Source of the DNA: the human T2T-CHM13v2.0 reference genome, Homo sapiens
Direction: 5' to 3' (one strand)
Assembly: GCF_009914755.1 (NCBI RefSeq)
Contig: NC_060926.1
Length of the DNA stretch: 64,000 bases
Shown: one piece after another, positions 63,130 to 64,000 of the stretch
Numbering within the stretch: position 1 is the first letter of the stretch
How the letters are laid out: each line of letters starts with the position of its first letter
The notes under the pieces: model-generated
The model's input: only the letters and a program-made list of their open reading frames with translations
Databases searched by the model: none
Told to the model about the DNA's origin: nothing
Made by a program: the position numbers and the translations under genes

Positions 63130-64000
63130 TTAGTTTTCTCCTGGGATCACCAAACTTTTCCTAAATAAATAAATAAATAAATAAAAGAAAGTCAAAGCCT
63201 TTATTACATCACGCCTTCTTCTGTCTCCTTCGAGCAAAATGACCTCTCTTCTCCTCTGCACATATCTGAATCCTATAGACCCAGGATCTGGGGCCCCATA
63301 CAGGATCTATACATAGTGGAAAGAAGGAATGGATTTATTGAGTTGTGAGTTATCTCCAGTCAAACTTCATATGTCCTGACCTTTCTGAGAGTTTTAAATA
63401 TAAGTGGGAATCTGGCACATTCAGTAGACATGGCCCCTTTTTTTCCAGAAGATTCTCGGATGACATCCAGTTAGCAATGGTTAAGCTTCCTCATTGGCCT
63501 GATCAGTCTCAAAAAAGAAATGCTCATCAAAGCTGCCTGCACTCCTGACCCAGGCCTGACTATCAGCTATTCCTCCCTTTGTCTTGGAGCTTTTGATCCT
63601 TCACCCTGACTTATGTGACCAAATCTTGTCCACCTGGTGCAGTTTATTCACCTTGTCTGCCTTGGCCCTACAGACAGAAGTCACATTTGAAGATAGCAGC
63701 AGTGTGGTCCCTCTAGCCCTGGGCTCCCCAGTTTTGGACTCCCATAAAATAGATATTGTACATTTTTTATTTAAGTCAACTCTGGTATTTCTGTTATGGT
63801 AACTTAGCCTGAGTAATAATAAATATAATAAATACCTAAATTGTTCTGTGTTATCTGATCATGGCCTTAGATTTCTAACCTATTTAATGAAATGATTTAA
63901 ACATTGAATCTTTCAAGGTGTCTCCACATTAAACACTGTAGGATTTATGCCCTGGAACCTGGCAGGTATGAGGAAATGTTGTGTGATAAGTTCTCTTCCC

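Overview
AT-rich, CpG-poor primate (catarrhine, probably human) genomic DNA. It looks intergenic or deep intronic and is dominated by interspersed repeats: Alu (J/S/Y), L1M/L1PB/L1PA, L2, MIR, MaLR (THE1/MLT1), ERV-L and ERV1 LTRs, and hAT/Tigger/mariner DNA transposons. I found no intact protein-coding gene, RNA gene or CpG island. The recognisable ORFs are broken HERV-L gag/pro/pol/dUTPase frames, an L1 ORF1 fragment, and Alu or simple-repeat artefacts. The main structures are two oppositely oriented HERV-L proviral relics (6184-12031 minus, TSD CAGGC; 17955-22028 plus). The first carries a tight cluster of rearrangement scars: a 149-bp inverted self-copy, an inverted LTR fragment at a large deletion junction, a 19-nt insert matching a site 1.9 kb away, and a 37-bp duplication. 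Other notable items are a perfect DUX4 motif in the MLT2A 5' LTR, an LTR-PBS-LTR mini-provirus, a 46-bp minisatellite rich in ETS cores, a double hairpin, a twin-primed old L1, a tail-less L1 5' fragment and candidate splice signals. I see no convincing new biological system. Repeat subfamily names come from my recall of consensus sequences, not from a RepeatMasker run, and boundaries of old repeats are approximate.
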